A DNA stretch of 64,000 nt from Polyangiaceae bacterium. Its GTDB lineage: Bacteria > Myxococcota_A > Polyangia > Polyangiales > Polyangiaceae. The stretch spans positions 32,001-96,000 of the forward strand of contig JBILLK010000002.1 in NCBI GenBank assembly GCA_044376115.1. Reading direction: 5' to 3'. The notes below the pieces were generated by a model. The model ran no database searches. It worked only from the letters and a program-made list of their open reading frames with translations, and was not told the DNA's origin. How positions within the stretch are numbered: position 1 is the first letter of the stretch; each line of letters starts with the position of its first letter. This document shows, in pieces, positions 1-9,337 of this stretch. Position numbers and translations under genes: made by a program.

Positions 1-420
1 GAGCTGGCCTCGGCTCCTGGGGATGACGGCAAGAGCTACGCAGTGCAAGGGGACTACGGCAAGGTGACTGGCGTAAAGAAGGACGGCAACGCGATCGTGG
101 CCTCGCTCGCTCACATCACTGTGCCCTATACCTGCCAGCACTCCGGGAACTATCGCTTCAACGGCGTCGAGTGGACCGACTGTGACTACGTCGACGCCGC
201 GCCCGTCGTCTCTTACAAATTCTCCGCGCGCTTCGAGGACGTCCCGGCTTCGGGCATCAAGACTGGGGACACCGTCAGCTTCGTGGGCTTGGTCAACGGT
301 AAGGTGCTATTCGATGCGAAAAAGCCCGACGCCAAATGGGATAGCACGACGGTGCATCGCGTCGACCGCGGGAAGAAGCCGGTGTTCGCGGTCAACACCG
401 TTGATCTTTGTCGCCCATGA
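1..420 (+). CDS. hypothetical protein, 5' end outside window
   Basis: Frame is open from base 1 to the TGA ending at 420; protein-like composition; no family recognised. Confidence 0.65.
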   Translation, partial: ELASAPGDDGKSYAVQGDYGKVTGVKKDGNAIVASLAHITVPYTCQHSGNYRFNGVEWTDCDYVDAAPVVSYKFSARFEDVPASGIKTGDTVSFVGLVNGKVLFDAKKPDAKWDSTTVHRVDRGKKPVFAVNTVDLCRP

Positions 421-513
421 GTAGTTGACGATCCGCGCCTGAATACCGCGAGGGTGGTCATTCAGACGCCGATCCGTTAAGGACGTCCGGTCTCTCGAAG
501 CAAGGAAGCTCCA

Positions 514-1293
514 ATGTCGATGGTTGCGCGTATCTTTTATTGGCTCAGCCTGATGACGCTGGCTGGCGGCCTGATCATCCCGATCCACAACTCGGCGATG
601 TCTTGGAGTGAAGCCACCCCGGCGGTCTTGGCGGGGCTGTTCTTCGTCCCATTGTGGGCCGCACTGTCCCTGGTTTTCGTTCCGGCCAAGGTCAAGGCGG
701 CGGGACCACTGCAAGTGTCGACGTATCGTCGCAGCAGCGGCATGATGCTGAGTGGTATTGGTTTGGTCTTCTGTCTAGCCGTTGGGACGTATGTTTGGCA
801 GGTCTGCGTGGACAAGCGCAGCGAGGAGAACAGCGCTTCTCGCTATTCGAGCTATCCCAGCTACTCGAGTTACCCGAGCTACCCGCCGCCTTACGTCGCT
901 TCACGGAGTTGGGGCAAGGGCGCTGATCTCGGAATCATCACGCTGGGCAACGCCGTTTTCCCCTTGATTGCGCTGATTGTCTTCGCGGTCCGCAAACCCA
1001 AGGGCGAATTGTTGCAGGGTTATCCGCAGCAGGGTCAGCAGGGTTATCCGCAGCAGGGTCAGCAGGGTTATCCGCAGCAGGGTCAGCAGGGTTATCCGCA
1101 GCAGGGTTATCCGCAGCAGGGTCAACAGGGGTATCCGCAGCAGGGTCAACAGGGGTATCCGCAGCAGGGCTATCCGCAGCAGGGTCAACAGGGGTATCCG
1201 CAGCAGGGCTATCCGCAGCAGGGCCAACAGGGCGAGCCACAGCAGGGCCCGCAGGGTTACCCGGGCCAACCGCCCTTCCCGCCGAACTCGTAG
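514..1293 (+). CDS. membrane protein (about 4 TM) with C-terminal GYPQQG(QQ) repeat tail
   Basis: AAGGAAG before ATG; four hydrophobic segments; low-complexity tail. Confidence 0.85.
   Translation: MSMVARIFYWLSLMTLAGGLIIPIHNSAMSWSEATPAVLAGLFFVPLWAALSLVFVPAKVKAAGPLQVSTYRRSSGMMLSGIGLVFCLAVGTYVWQVCVDKRSEENSASRYSSYPSYSSYPSYPPPYVASRSWGKGADLGIITLGNAVFPLIALIVFAVRKPKGELLQGYPQQGQQGYPQQGQQGYPQQGQQGYPQQGYPQQGQQGYPQQGQQGYPQQGYPQQGQQGYPQQGYPQQGQQGEPQQGPQGYPGQPPFPPNS
1018..1260 (+). repeat. coding tandem repeat, 24/15-nt units (GGTTATCCGCAGCAGGGTCAGCAG) encoding [13 protein letters not shown]
   Basis: About 10 directly visible in-frame copies, no spacers. Confidence 0.95.
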
Positions 1294-2085
1294 TCAGATA
1301 CCCCCAGCCCCTCCCGCGCCGCCGGTTCCGCCGGGACCGCCAGGCCCGGCGCCTCCGGCGCCCTGATTGCACTCGGGAAGGTCTTTGCAGTCCGCGCAAT
1401 CACAGCCCTCGTTGAGCGGATCACAGGTGCCGTCCACAGCGCAGGACGAGCACTGATTGAAACATGCGGGACAAATGCACGGCGTACGGTCGAGGCAGAG
1501 GCCGTCGCACAGCTCCAAGGCACAGCGCAGCTCGGCAGCGCACTCGGGGCAATCACAGCTCTCGGTCGCACCGCAGCTCTTGTCGAGCGCTCCTCCCTCA
1601 CACGCGCTGACTAAGGGCTCACAGTGCTTGTTCTGCGCGCAATCACTGCATTGGCACCCCTCGATGGGGTCGCAAATGCCGTCGTCGAGGCAGCACTGGA
1701 GGACGAGCGAGTAGCAGTACCCGGTGCGGTCACAATCGTTGCAGAGGCAGGTGTCTTCGACCCCGCAGGCACCATTGTCGAAGCAACGGTTCACACACAC
1801 GGGGGCGTTATTGCAATCCGGGCATAGGCAGGTTTCTTCGCCGGCGACCGAGGCCGAACACGTTCCATCGGGAACTCCACCTTCACAGGCTGCGTCGCAG
1901 GGAAGTGGTCGCTCGGTTCCGCACCCCGGATCCAAGTCCGGCTCGGAGCATTGTGGAAGGACGGCAGGCGGCGGCACGAACGTGTCTTCGAACACCGAGC
2001 AGGCGCCGCTCAAGCTCAGGCCGGTAACGGTGAGAGCGGCGAGGCGCTGAAGCGTGCTTGCGTGACGTCGCACGCGGCCGAGCAT
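1294..2085 (-). CDS. Cys-rich lipoprotein
   Basis: Signal peptide with SGAC lipobox; repeated DGxC...C.C.DC units. Confidence 0.8.
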   Translation of the reverse strand: MLGRVRRHASTLQRLAALTVTGLSLSGACSVFEDTFVPPPAVLPQCSEPDLDPGCGTERPLPCDAACEGGVPDGTCSASVAGEETCLCPDCNNAPVCVNRCFDNGACGVEDTCLCNDCDRTGYCYSLVLQCCLDDGICDPIEGCQCSDCAQNKHCEPLVSACEGGALDKSCGATESCDCPECAAELRCALELCDGLCLDRTPCICPACFNQCSSCAVDGTCDPLNEGCDCADCKDLPECNQGAGGAGPGGPGGTGGAGGAGGI

Positions 2086-2174
2086 AGGGTCAAGTCAGGG
2101 TCGTAGCCTAGAAGGCAATCGCTAGCCAAGCGGACGGAGGCAGCGCCGTCGCGGGCCGCTGCTAGAGTCTGCCC

Positions 2175-2756
2175 GTGCGTACCTCCATTGTCTGGTTGTT
2201 CTTCCCATTGCTCGTCGCCTGCGCGGAGCCGTCTGCGCCAACAGCTGCTTCGGCGGCCCGTCCTAGTACGGATAGCGCGTTACCGCAGAGCCTCTATGGG
2301 CTGACCGTCAACCGTCTCAACGGCAAGCCGGAGGCGCTCAAGACCTACGAAGGGAAGGTCGTTCTACTCGTCAATACGGCCAGTGAGTGCGGCTACACAC
2401 CGCAATACGAAGGGCTGGAGGCGTTGTGGCAGGAGTACCAGACCAAGGGGGTGGTGGTGCTGGGCTTTCCAAGCAATGACTTCGGCGGTCAAGAGCCGGG
2501 CAGCAGTCAGGAGATTGCCACGTTCTGTCAGCGTAACTACGGCGTATCCTTTCCGATGTTCGAGAAGGTCGTCAGCAAAGGTCCGCAGGCTGCGCCCGTC
2601 TTTAAGTTCCTGGCTGCGACGGCTGGCGAGCCAAAGTGGAACTTTCATAAGTACCTCGTCAACAAGCAGGGCAAGGTTGTGAAGGCCTTCCCCAGCTCGG
2701 TGACGCCTGAGAGCGCAGAGCTGCGAGCCGCGATTGATTCGGCGCTGGCTGAGTGA
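2175..2756 (+). CDS. glutathione peroxidase family protein (Cys type) with lipoprotein signal
   Basis: VNTASECGYTPQY, LGFPSNDFGGQEPG and WNFHKYL motifs; LVAC lipobox. Confidence 0.95.
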   Translation: MRTSIVWLFFPLLVACAEPSAPTAASAARPSTDSALPQSLYGLTVNRLNGKPEALKTYEGKVVLLVNTASECGYTPQYEGLEALWQEYQTKGVVVLGFPSNDFGGQEPGSSQEIATFCQRNYGVSFPMFEKVVSKGPQAAPVFKFLAATAGEPKWNFHKYLVNKQGKVVKAFPSSVTPESAELRAAIDSALAE

Positions 2757-2929
2757 GGCTCGGCTTACGACGCACATAGCGCTGGGCCGCGGTTGGCTGC
2801 GCGACACCATTGTCATGCGGCTCGTGGTAGTTGAGCCCATCCTGGCCAATTTTGTTGGCTGACCTTCTGGGTATGATCGTTGCTGTGGGTTAACTTCGGC
2901 GAAAGCCATATCTTCCTCCTGGCCGATCT

Positions 2930-3244
2930 ATGCCCAAGCGCTTGTTGCTCGCCTTACTGTTTGCCTCCGCCTGTTTTTCGCCCGACTTTTCGTGCGGAGA
3001 AGAGTGTAGACCAACTCGGCCAGACCATCCGTTCGAGGCCGATCGCCTCGATTGCGATGGTGGCTTTGTCAGTGATGGGGGTGGCGGCGAAGCAGGCGGT
3101 ACGGCTGGAGCCGGCGGAGAGGCAGGCGGTACCGCCGGAGCAGGCGGCGCTGTAGGTGGGGCAGGAGGCACGGCTGGAGCCGGTGGAGAAGCCGGCGGTT
3201 CGGCCGGCAAGGCTGGAGCCGGCGGAGCGGGTGGTGCACCATGA
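2930..3244 (+). CDS. small lipoprotein with Gly/Ala-rich tail
   Basis: Signal peptide with ASAC; stop overlaps next ATG (ATGA). Confidence 0.65.
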   Translation: MPKRLLLALLFASACFSPDFSCGEECRPTRPDHPFEADRLDCDGGFVSDGGGGEAGGTAGAGGEAGGTAGAGGAVGGAGGTAGAGGEAGGSAGKAGAGGAGGAP

Positions 3245-3543
3245 GGACCAGCAAACGTGCGTTCTGTCTACTTGCCGTCGTGATGTTTGGCTGCGAGGAG
3301 ACCCCAACAATCGAGCAAACTTGCGAGCGGATCGCCAGCTGCGGCACAACCGATACGGCTGTGCTCGAGGAATGCCTCGAGGAGGGCAACCTCGTTTACG
3401 AGTCAGCCTATGACAACGGCTGCGAGTCGGAGCTCGAGGACTATCTGGACTGCCTCGACAACGAGGAATGTGGCTGGTGGACCGAGTGCGAAGATGAGCG
3501 CGAGGAACTAGCGATTTGTATCGGTGGGTTCCCAGCGGATTGA
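3241..3543 (+). CDS. small acidic Cys-rich lipoprotein
   Basis: MFGC lipobox; many Cys and Glu; coupled to upstream gene. Confidence 0.75.
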   Translation: MRTSKRAFCLLAVVMFGCEETPTIEQTCERIASCGTTDTAVLEECLEEGNLVYESAYDNGCESELEDYLDCLDNEECGWWTECEDEREELAICIGGFPAD

Positions 3544-3600
3544 ATCGTAGGTGCGCCTTTGCCTGACTGAAGCGGAGCACATTGCGCTGCTCGACAAGCT

Positions 3601-3640
3601 GGCCGAGCGGCGCGAACAAGCTGGTCGCGCCGGCTCGGCC
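3601..3640. terminator. GC-rich hairpin between convergent genes (probable terminator)
   Basis: GGCCGAGC-GGCGCGA ... TCGCGCC-G-GCTCGGCC inverted repeat; no U-tract. Confidence 0.55.
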
Positions 3641-3647
3641 GTGAGGG

Positions 3648-5471
3648 TCATTGCGGCACTGGTGGCACCACCACGGTATTGATGGGTTGGACGCTGGCTC
3701 CCGCTGGGTAGGCGTAGCTCACTGCTGTGGTGGAGAAGGCCGCCGTGGCACCGCTGCCCCAGCCCCAAACGGTCAACCCGAAGGGGGCTGCGCTCGAGAT
3801 CTCGTGACGGCCGTTGTTGCAGTTGCCTTGCGGCTCAAAGTTGCCGCGCACCAAATCGAAGCGGGTGTACTCGTACTCTCCCGCAGCATCGATCGGCTGC
3901 CAACCTCCAACGACGCCAGCGCAATCGAGGTTTACGTCTTGGAACACGCCGTCAACCTTCCTGCGCGTCAGGACCAAGTTCGTCTCCGAGTAGGTTGGAT
4001 CGGTGAAGAAGGTGTACTTGTCCAAGAACTGCGCCGAAGGGATGACGTTGACGAACTCCGGATCGCCGCGGCAGTCGAGGAAGTTTGCGCCGCTAACCTC
4101 ACCACAGCCGGTCATGTGCGCCGAAACGTAGAAGGGGTGGTCTGGGTCCTGAGCCTTCACCAGGAATGGCCCCGGGGCGCGGAACTCAGCGATCTGGCCC
4201 ACCGAGAGAGTGGTTGGTGCTCCCGCGGGCGGCGCTGGGTCCCAGGACAGCACCGTACCGTCAACCGCACCGACCAAACGCCAGGGCGGATTCTCCTCCA
4301 CACCGTCATAGCGGTTTCTGTAGCGCACACCGAGGTACTCGTGTCCCAGCGCCTTGACGGGCGGGATCTGCTGATGCGCCGAGTCGCAGGCTACTTGATT
4401 GACGTCCACGCTCAGGCAGGTAGCGCCGCCCCATACACCAATCGGTTTATCGGATTGAATGGGGCTACCAATTAGTTGTGCGTCTTGCGTAAATTGCAGA
4501 ATCTGTCCGCGATTGAGGGTGTACGTCATCGGTACGCCCTGGCCCGTAGCGGCTACCCCAGGGCCGCCGACGATCGCGGCCGAAGGGCTAATGGTGATTG
4601 AGGTGGCGTCCTCAGCGGCGACCAGCGCGATGGAGGGTTGGGCCTCCGGAACGACCTGACTCTTGCGGAAGGCGTCCACTGCGACGTAGTTGGTCTCCCA
4701 GACCGACGTTGGAAGTAGCAAGGTTGCGCTGGTCGCTGCGCTCTGACCTCCGCCGTAGGGGAAGATGTCGTAGGCGACGCCGGGCGCGTCGGTGGTGATA
4801 TGGAAGGCGTCGCCCAAGCCAGTGCCGTGTACCGCTGCGTCGGCAGAGGTGAACGCTGGAGTAACGCCTGCTGGGCAGCTCGTTAGGTTGCCGCCAAAAC
4901 GCGCAAGAAACAGGATGGCGACCTCGCCGGGAGGAAGCTGATTGTTGGGTAACGGCGCATAGCTAATCGCTTGTCCGTTGCCCGACGGGATGCGGGCGAA
5001 CTGCGATATATCGAAGGTCTGACCGGCTCGCTCGACATTGATGCTTAGCGGAGAACCCCAGGTATTGGCGATGAAGGCGGCAAAACAAGCGCCGGCACCA
5101 ACCGAGATGATGTCTGGCGCGACGCTGTAATAGTCGCAGCCAATCGAGCTCTTGTTCTCGAGGGCGGACTGGCAAGCCGGAACACAGCCACTCGCCCCGC
5201 AGCCTTGATCGTCCGGGCAGGTCTCGAGCACGTTGCCGTCGCAATCGAGGATCGAGTGCAGATCGCTCGAACACTTGGTGCACTGACCGCCACCGCCGAA
5301 GCCACCGCTGCTGGTCCCGAAGGAGCCGGTGCTACCGCCACCGCCAGCCCCCGGGCCCGAAGGTGCGGCTGCGCCGGTCGCACCGGTTGCGCCACTGCCG
5401 CCGCTGTCGCTGCTATCGCCGCACGCGGCTGCGTTTAGACCGACGACAAGGATGAATGGTAAAGACCGCAT
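3648..5471 (-). CDS. IgGFc-binding-domain lipoprotein
   Basis: AAAC lipobox, Gly/Ser linker, SSIGCDYY, SATLLLPT, SDKPIGVWG, QQIPP..ALG.EY and SYAYPAG motifs typical of the family. Confidence 0.85.
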   Translation of the reverse strand: MRSLPFILVVGLNAAACGDSSDSGGSGATGATGAAAPSGPGAGGGGSTGSFGTSSGGFGGGGQCTKCSSDLHSILDCDGNVLETCPDDQGCGASGCVPACQSALENKSSIGCDYYSVAPDIISVGAGACFAAFIANTWGSPLSINVERAGQTFDISQFARIPSGNGQAISYAPLPNNQLPPGEVAILFLARFGGNLTSCPAGVTPAFTSADAAVHGTGLGDAFHITTDAPGVAYDIFPYGGGQSAATSATLLLPTSVWETNYVAVDAFRKSQVVPEAQPSIALVAAEDATSITISPSAAIVGGPGVAATGQGVPMTYTLNRGQILQFTQDAQLIGSPIQSDKPIGVWGGATCLSVDVNQVACDSAHQQIPPVKALGHEYLGVRYRNRYDGVEENPPWRLVGAVDGTVLSWDPAPPAGAPTTLSVGQIAEFRAPGPFLVKAQDPDHPFYVSAHMTGCGEVSGANFLDCRGDPEFVNVIPSAQFLDKYTFFTDPTYSETNLVLTRRKVDGVFQDVNLDCAGVVGGWQPIDAAGEYEYTRFDLVRGNFEPQGNCNNGRHEISSAAPFGLTVWGWGSGATAAFSTTAVSYAYPAGASVQPINTVVVPPVPQ

Positions 5472-5551
5472 TGAGCGAGCTTAGGCGCTCGCGTGGGCCT
5501 TCCGCCATGAACAGAATGGCGTTCACGGTGCGCGGGGGCGCTGCCGTGCGC

Positions 5552-5938
5552 TCAGCCCTCTCGCGCTGACTGCGGGCCACCGGCCGAGGCGGGCTTGGCG
5601 AGCTTCTTGACCTCTGCCATATCGAGCGCCTCGACCTGCTTGATGATCTCGTCGAGTTGGGCGGCCGGAACCACGCCCGGTTGGGCCGCGAGCAGCACGC
5701 CGTCGCGCATGACCACCAAGGTTGGGATGGCGCGCACTTTGAAGGCTGCCGCTAAGCCCGGTTGCGCGTCGGTGTCGATCTTGCCGAAGTGCACGTTGGG
5801 ATGACGGTTGGAGGCGGCCTCGAAGATGGGCGCAAACGTGCGACAGGGGCCACACCAGCTGGCCCATAGATCCAGCAGCACCACGCCCTCTTTGACCGTC
5901 GCCTCGAAGTTCTGCTCGGTAACCTCAACTGTTGCCAT
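5552..5938 (-). CDS. trxA: thioredoxin
   Basis: WCGPC active site, cis-Pro IPT motif; AAGGAG RBS. Confidence 0.92.
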   Translation of the reverse strand: MATVEVTEQNFEATVKEGVVLLDLWASWCGPCRTFAPIFEAASNRHPNVHFGKIDTDAQPGLAAAFKVRAIPTLVVMRDGVLLAAQPGVVPAAQLDEIIKQVEALDMAEVKKLAKPASAGGPQSAREG

Positions 5939-6047
5939 GACGTGCTCCTTTACTGTGTGAGCCGCGTGGAGGCGAAAGGGTTCTCACTTTTTGCGTCGGC
6001 AACCCCGATCACCCATTGCGTCCACAGGCGCTAGGCTTGGCGCGACG

Positions 6048-6965
6048 ATGATCGATCTCAGCCAGCTGGAGCTCGAATGCAGCGACTTGCGACGACTCTT
6101 GAGCACGACCGTGCCGCGCTATGCGCGAGAGCGGCAAGCGATCTCGCTCGCCGCGAGCTCCGCGCTGATTGCGCAGTTTTGGCAGCATGTTGGCTGGTTT
6201 GACGGCTTCGAAGGCGCGCTGGCCCGCCCAGACGACGCTTCGCCGCAAAGCGACTTGTTGGCGTTGCTCGAGCGATGGCGCGCCGAGGATATGCGCGGAG
6301 ACGGAAGCTACGATGGTGTGCTCGACCTACTTCCCGAGAGCTTCAGCGTCGTTGCGCTCGGGGATGAGGCGGTCACGTTGGCCGACCTCAGCGGCGGAGA
6401 GCTCGATCCGCCGGTTGCGGTGCTTTACGGGCCCAGCACCGATGCTGAGGAGCCGAGCTTGGAACGACTGCCCCAGAACTATCTGGCGACGGTTACCGAC
6501 TTGCTGCTCGAGAGCGTCCAATTCGAGACCGCGGTGAAAGGGTCGCTCACGGCACGCCGGCTAACTTGTACCGAGGTGTTACCGACGTTGGTACCCGGCT
6601 CGTTGCGCGCTGACGATGTGTGGCTTCTCGCGCTCGCGCCTCCGCGTGAGCCGGCTTCCTTCGAGCTGCGTGTGCCTAATGTGGCGCAGCTCGTCTCCTT
6701 TCTCGAGCAGGTCGACCCGAGCCAGGTGGTCGGCTTTGCTTGCCACGCATCGCCTGCACGTCGTGCGCGGCAGCTCCCACTGCCAACGAGCCTGCGCCGA
6801 ATCGAGCTCGCGTACCCGGCGCCAGCCACGCTCTACGTTGGGGAATTGGCGGGCGCGTCGGTGTTGGTGACCCAACCGAACGATCCGCGCGAACTGTTAA
6901 CGATCCATTGCGACTCCGCGCAGCTCGCGGCGGTGGATGGCTGGTTCGCTACGAACCGACCGTGA
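6048..6965 (+). CDS. hypothetical protein, weak SUKH/SMI1-like immunity resemblance
   Basis: Long ORF; LADL..GE.DPPV segment resembles SUKH domains (weak). Confidence 0.6.
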   Translation: MIDLSQLELECSDLRRLLSTTVPRYARERQAISLAASSALIAQFWQHVGWFDGFEGALARPDDASPQSDLLALLERWRAEDMRGDGSYDGVLDLLPESFSVVALGDEAVTLADLSGGELDPPVAVLYGPSTDAEEPSLERLPQNYLATVTDLLLESVQFETAVKGSLTARRLTCTEVLPTLVPGSLRADDVWLLALAPPREPASFELRVPNVAQLVSFLEQVDPSQVVGFACHASPARRARQLPLPTSLRRIELAYPAPATLYVGELAGASVLVTQPNDPRELLTIHCDSAQLAAVDGWFATNRP

Positions 6966-7042
6966 ATGACGCGCGTGGTGGGCGGCCTCGCCGTGTCACG
7001 CGCAGCTTGCGTTGCCTGAGGTCGAATGGCAGTAAAGGGGCC

Positions 7043-7747
7043 ATGAAGCTCCTTTCGCTGATCTGTGGCCTTGCTCTCCTGAGTTCCGCCTGTACCGAGA
7101 CCTCGAATACACGTCCGGCCTCGGCGGAACCCGCCGCAACCGCCGCTCCGAGCGGAGCTGGCTCCTCGGGCAAGTCAGCTCCGGCAAGTGCCGGCGTCGC
7201 CGCCGTGGGCGTTGCAGCGCCTGAATTCACGCTCAAGGACCTGGACGGCAAAGACGTCTCGCTCGCGTCGTTCAAAGGCAAGACGGTGGTCCTCGAGTGG
7301 TTCAACCCGGGCTGTCCCTTCGTCAAGTCGAGCCACGGTAAAGGCTCGCTCAAAGGCTTCTCGGAGAAGGTCATGAAAGGCGGCGTGGTGTGGCTCGGGA
7401 TCAACTCGGGCGCGCCGGGCAAACAGGGTCACGGCGTTGAGGCCAATCGTGAAGGGGCGAAGACCTTCGGCGTGACCAACCCGATCCTGATGGATGAGAG
7501 CGGTACCGTAGGCAAAGCCTATGGTGCAACCAACACGCCGCAGATCGTGATCATCGATGCCAAGGGCGTCGTGGTCTACAAGGGTGCGGTGGACAACTCG
7601 CCCGACGGTGAAGGGGAGAGCCCGCAACCGGAAGGCGCAAAGCTCGTGAACTACGTCGAACAGGCGCTCGCCGAGATCGCCGAGGGCAAGCCGGTCAGCG
7701 TCCCCTCGACGAAGCCCTACGGTTGCAGCGTCAAGTACGGGTCATGA
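7043..7747 (+). CDS. redoxin/AhpC-TSA (thioredoxin-fold) lipoprotein
   Basis: APEFTLKD.DGK.VSL, EWFNPGCPFV, YGATNTP and PYGCSVKY motifs; SSAC lipobox. Confidence 0.9.
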   Translation: MKLLSLICGLALLSSACTETSNTRPASAEPAATAAPSGAGSSGKSAPASAGVAAVGVAAPEFTLKDLDGKDVSLASFKGKTVVLEWFNPGCPFVKSSHGKGSLKGFSEKVMKGGVVWLGINSGAPGKQGHGVEANREGAKTFGVTNPILMDESGTVGKAYGATNTPQIVIIDAKGVVVYKGAVDNSPDGEGESPQPEGAKLVNYVEQALAEIAEGKPVSVPSTKPYGCSVKYGS

Positions 7748-8826
7748 GCACGGAGAAGTCGGCGGGAGCACCTGCGCTTGGCCATCCTGTCTTGGAAGAG
7801 GCCACTCGGCTCGAGCGAAGCGGCGATTTCGCGGGGTCTCTCGCACAGATTGCCGCGCTAGCCGAGAGCGCGCGTGCCTCCGCAGACGTGTTGTGGGCGA
7901 GTGAACTCAGCTTGCGTGAGAGCCGCCTGCTCACCTTGACCGGCGATGCCGAGCAGGCGCTCTTGCGCGTCGATTGGGTGATGGTTCGCGCGAGCGCGCC
8001 AGAGCACCGCGAGGTCTTTGCTCAGGAGAAGGCTGCGCGTACCGTGGCGATGAGCTTTCTCTTGTTTGCCAACGCCGCCAAAGACGAGCTGCGTATGAGC
8101 TTTCAGGAGACGCTCGGCGTCCTCGCCGAGGCCGACCGCTTCCTCGAGCAGGTGAATCGGCTCGAGTGGAAAGCTGGCGTTTGTTCCGAGCGCGCCGGGA
8201 TCTACGAGCGCATGGGGCGCTGGCAGGAGGCTGTGGAGGAGGGGCGATTGGCGATCGAGCTAAAGGTTCAATGCCCCTCGGCGCCGAGCCATTCGCTCGG
8301 TGCGATGCAACGCAGCCTTGCTCGACGCCTGCAACACGTAGGGCAGGCGGAGGAGGCCAAGCAGCTGCTCTTGAGTCTGCGCCAAACCGAGGTTTACAGC
8401 GTCCTCGAGCAGCTCGGGGTCGAGTGCGAACTCGGGCATCTGGCGCTGCAGCTCGGTGATCTCGAGCTGGCTGAACCTGCCGCCGTGCGTGCGCTCGCGC
8501 TCAGTGAAGGGATGGGGGCAAACCAGCGGATTGCCGCAGCGGGCCTCGCGGTTGAGGTGTTTCTAGCGCTGCAAAGGCTGCCGGAGGCTAGCGCCGCCGC
8601 TAAGGAGGTGCGCGCTGCAGCTACGCAGCTAGGGAGCTCAGCTGCGCTGTTTGCCGCAGCGCAAGACGAATTCGACGTGGCCTTTGCTCGGGGTGAGGCC
8701 GCGCGCGCCAAGGACCTGCTCGCGGAAATGGAGACGCACGCGCAGTCGCTCGCCGTGCGCGGGAACGCCGCGTCGCAAGCCCAGGTTGAGCGGCGCCGCG
8801 TGAAGTTGGCAGCCAAAAACGGTTAG
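7744..8826 (+). CDS. TPR-like helical repeat protein
   Basis: Ala/Leu-rich helical repeats; ATGA overlap with upstream gene. Confidence 0.7.
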   Translation: MSTEKSAGAPALGHPVLEEATRLERSGDFAGSLAQIAALAESARASADVLWASELSLRESRLLTLTGDAEQALLRVDWVMVRASAPEHREVFAQEKAARTVAMSFLLFANAAKDELRMSFQETLGVLAEADRFLEQVNRLEWKAGVCSERAGIYERMGRWQEAVEEGRLAIELKVQCPSAPSHSLGAMQRSLARRLQHVGQAEEAKQLLLSLRQTEVYSVLEQLGVECELGHLALQLGDLELAEPAAVRALALSEGMGANQRIAAAGLAVEVFLALQRLPEASAAAKEVRAAATQLGSSAALFAAAQDEFDVAFARGEAARAKDLLAEMETHAQSLAVRGNAASQAQVERRRVKLAAKNG

Positions 8827-8871
8827 AGCCGCGAGAGGGAGGTTTGTGCCCACTCCGCGTAACAGGAGCGC

Positions 8872-9282
8872 TTGAAACGACCCCTCCTCGTAGTGGCTCT
8901 TGTTGCCTTGGGCTGCAGTTCCTCTAGTACAGAGACATCGAAGAGTTCAGCGACGTCGAGCAGCTCGTCTGCGACGGCTCCTTCGCAGGATCTCTCTCGC
9001 TTCTTTGGTCGCTGGACGAAGGAAGGTGGCTCCTTCGAGATCAGCGCGGACCGTTACAAGCGCGTCTATGACGTTGCCGCCGCCGCCGGCGGCAAGCCCG
9101 TCGAGGGGCCTTACAAGGTCGTCTCACTCGAGGGCGACGTGCTCGTGATTGATCCGAAGCTTGATCTCGGGGACGGCAAGTCGTTTCCCGGTGACCAACA
9201 GCGGTTGACGCTCAAGGGCGATGAACTCGACATCCGCAACGTAAAGAACGGCGAAGGAGATACGTACAAGCGGGCCAAGTAG
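8872..9282 (+). CDS. lipoprotein, small beta-barrel (lipocalin-like) domain
   Basis: AGGAG RBS with TTG start; ALGC lipobox; G.W motif. Confidence 0.75.
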   Translation: MKRPLLVVALVALGCSSSSTETSKSSATSSSSSATAPSQDLSRFFGRWTKEGGSFEISADRYKRVYDVAAAAGGKPVEGPYKVVSLEGDVLVIDPKLDLGDGKSFPGDQQRLTLKGDELDIRNVKNGEGDTYKRAK

Positions 9283-9337
9283 GGATTCCGCTGCGAGAGC
9301 ATTTCTTGTTCCGAAGCGCGGGGCGTACCATGCGCGC

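Noticed and set aside
425..480. Calling an integron or attC cassette array
   Set aside because: Core RYYYAAC/GTTRRRY sites are imperfect, no integrase is present, and I saw no repeated sites; kept only as a hairpin observation
1018..1260. Tandem repeats as a CRISPR array
   Set aside because: No unique spacers; in-frame coding repeat with synonymous variation; no cas genes
2175..7747. Selenocysteine recoding in the peroxidase, thioredoxin or redoxin
   Set aside because: All active sites use Cys codons; no in-frame TGA
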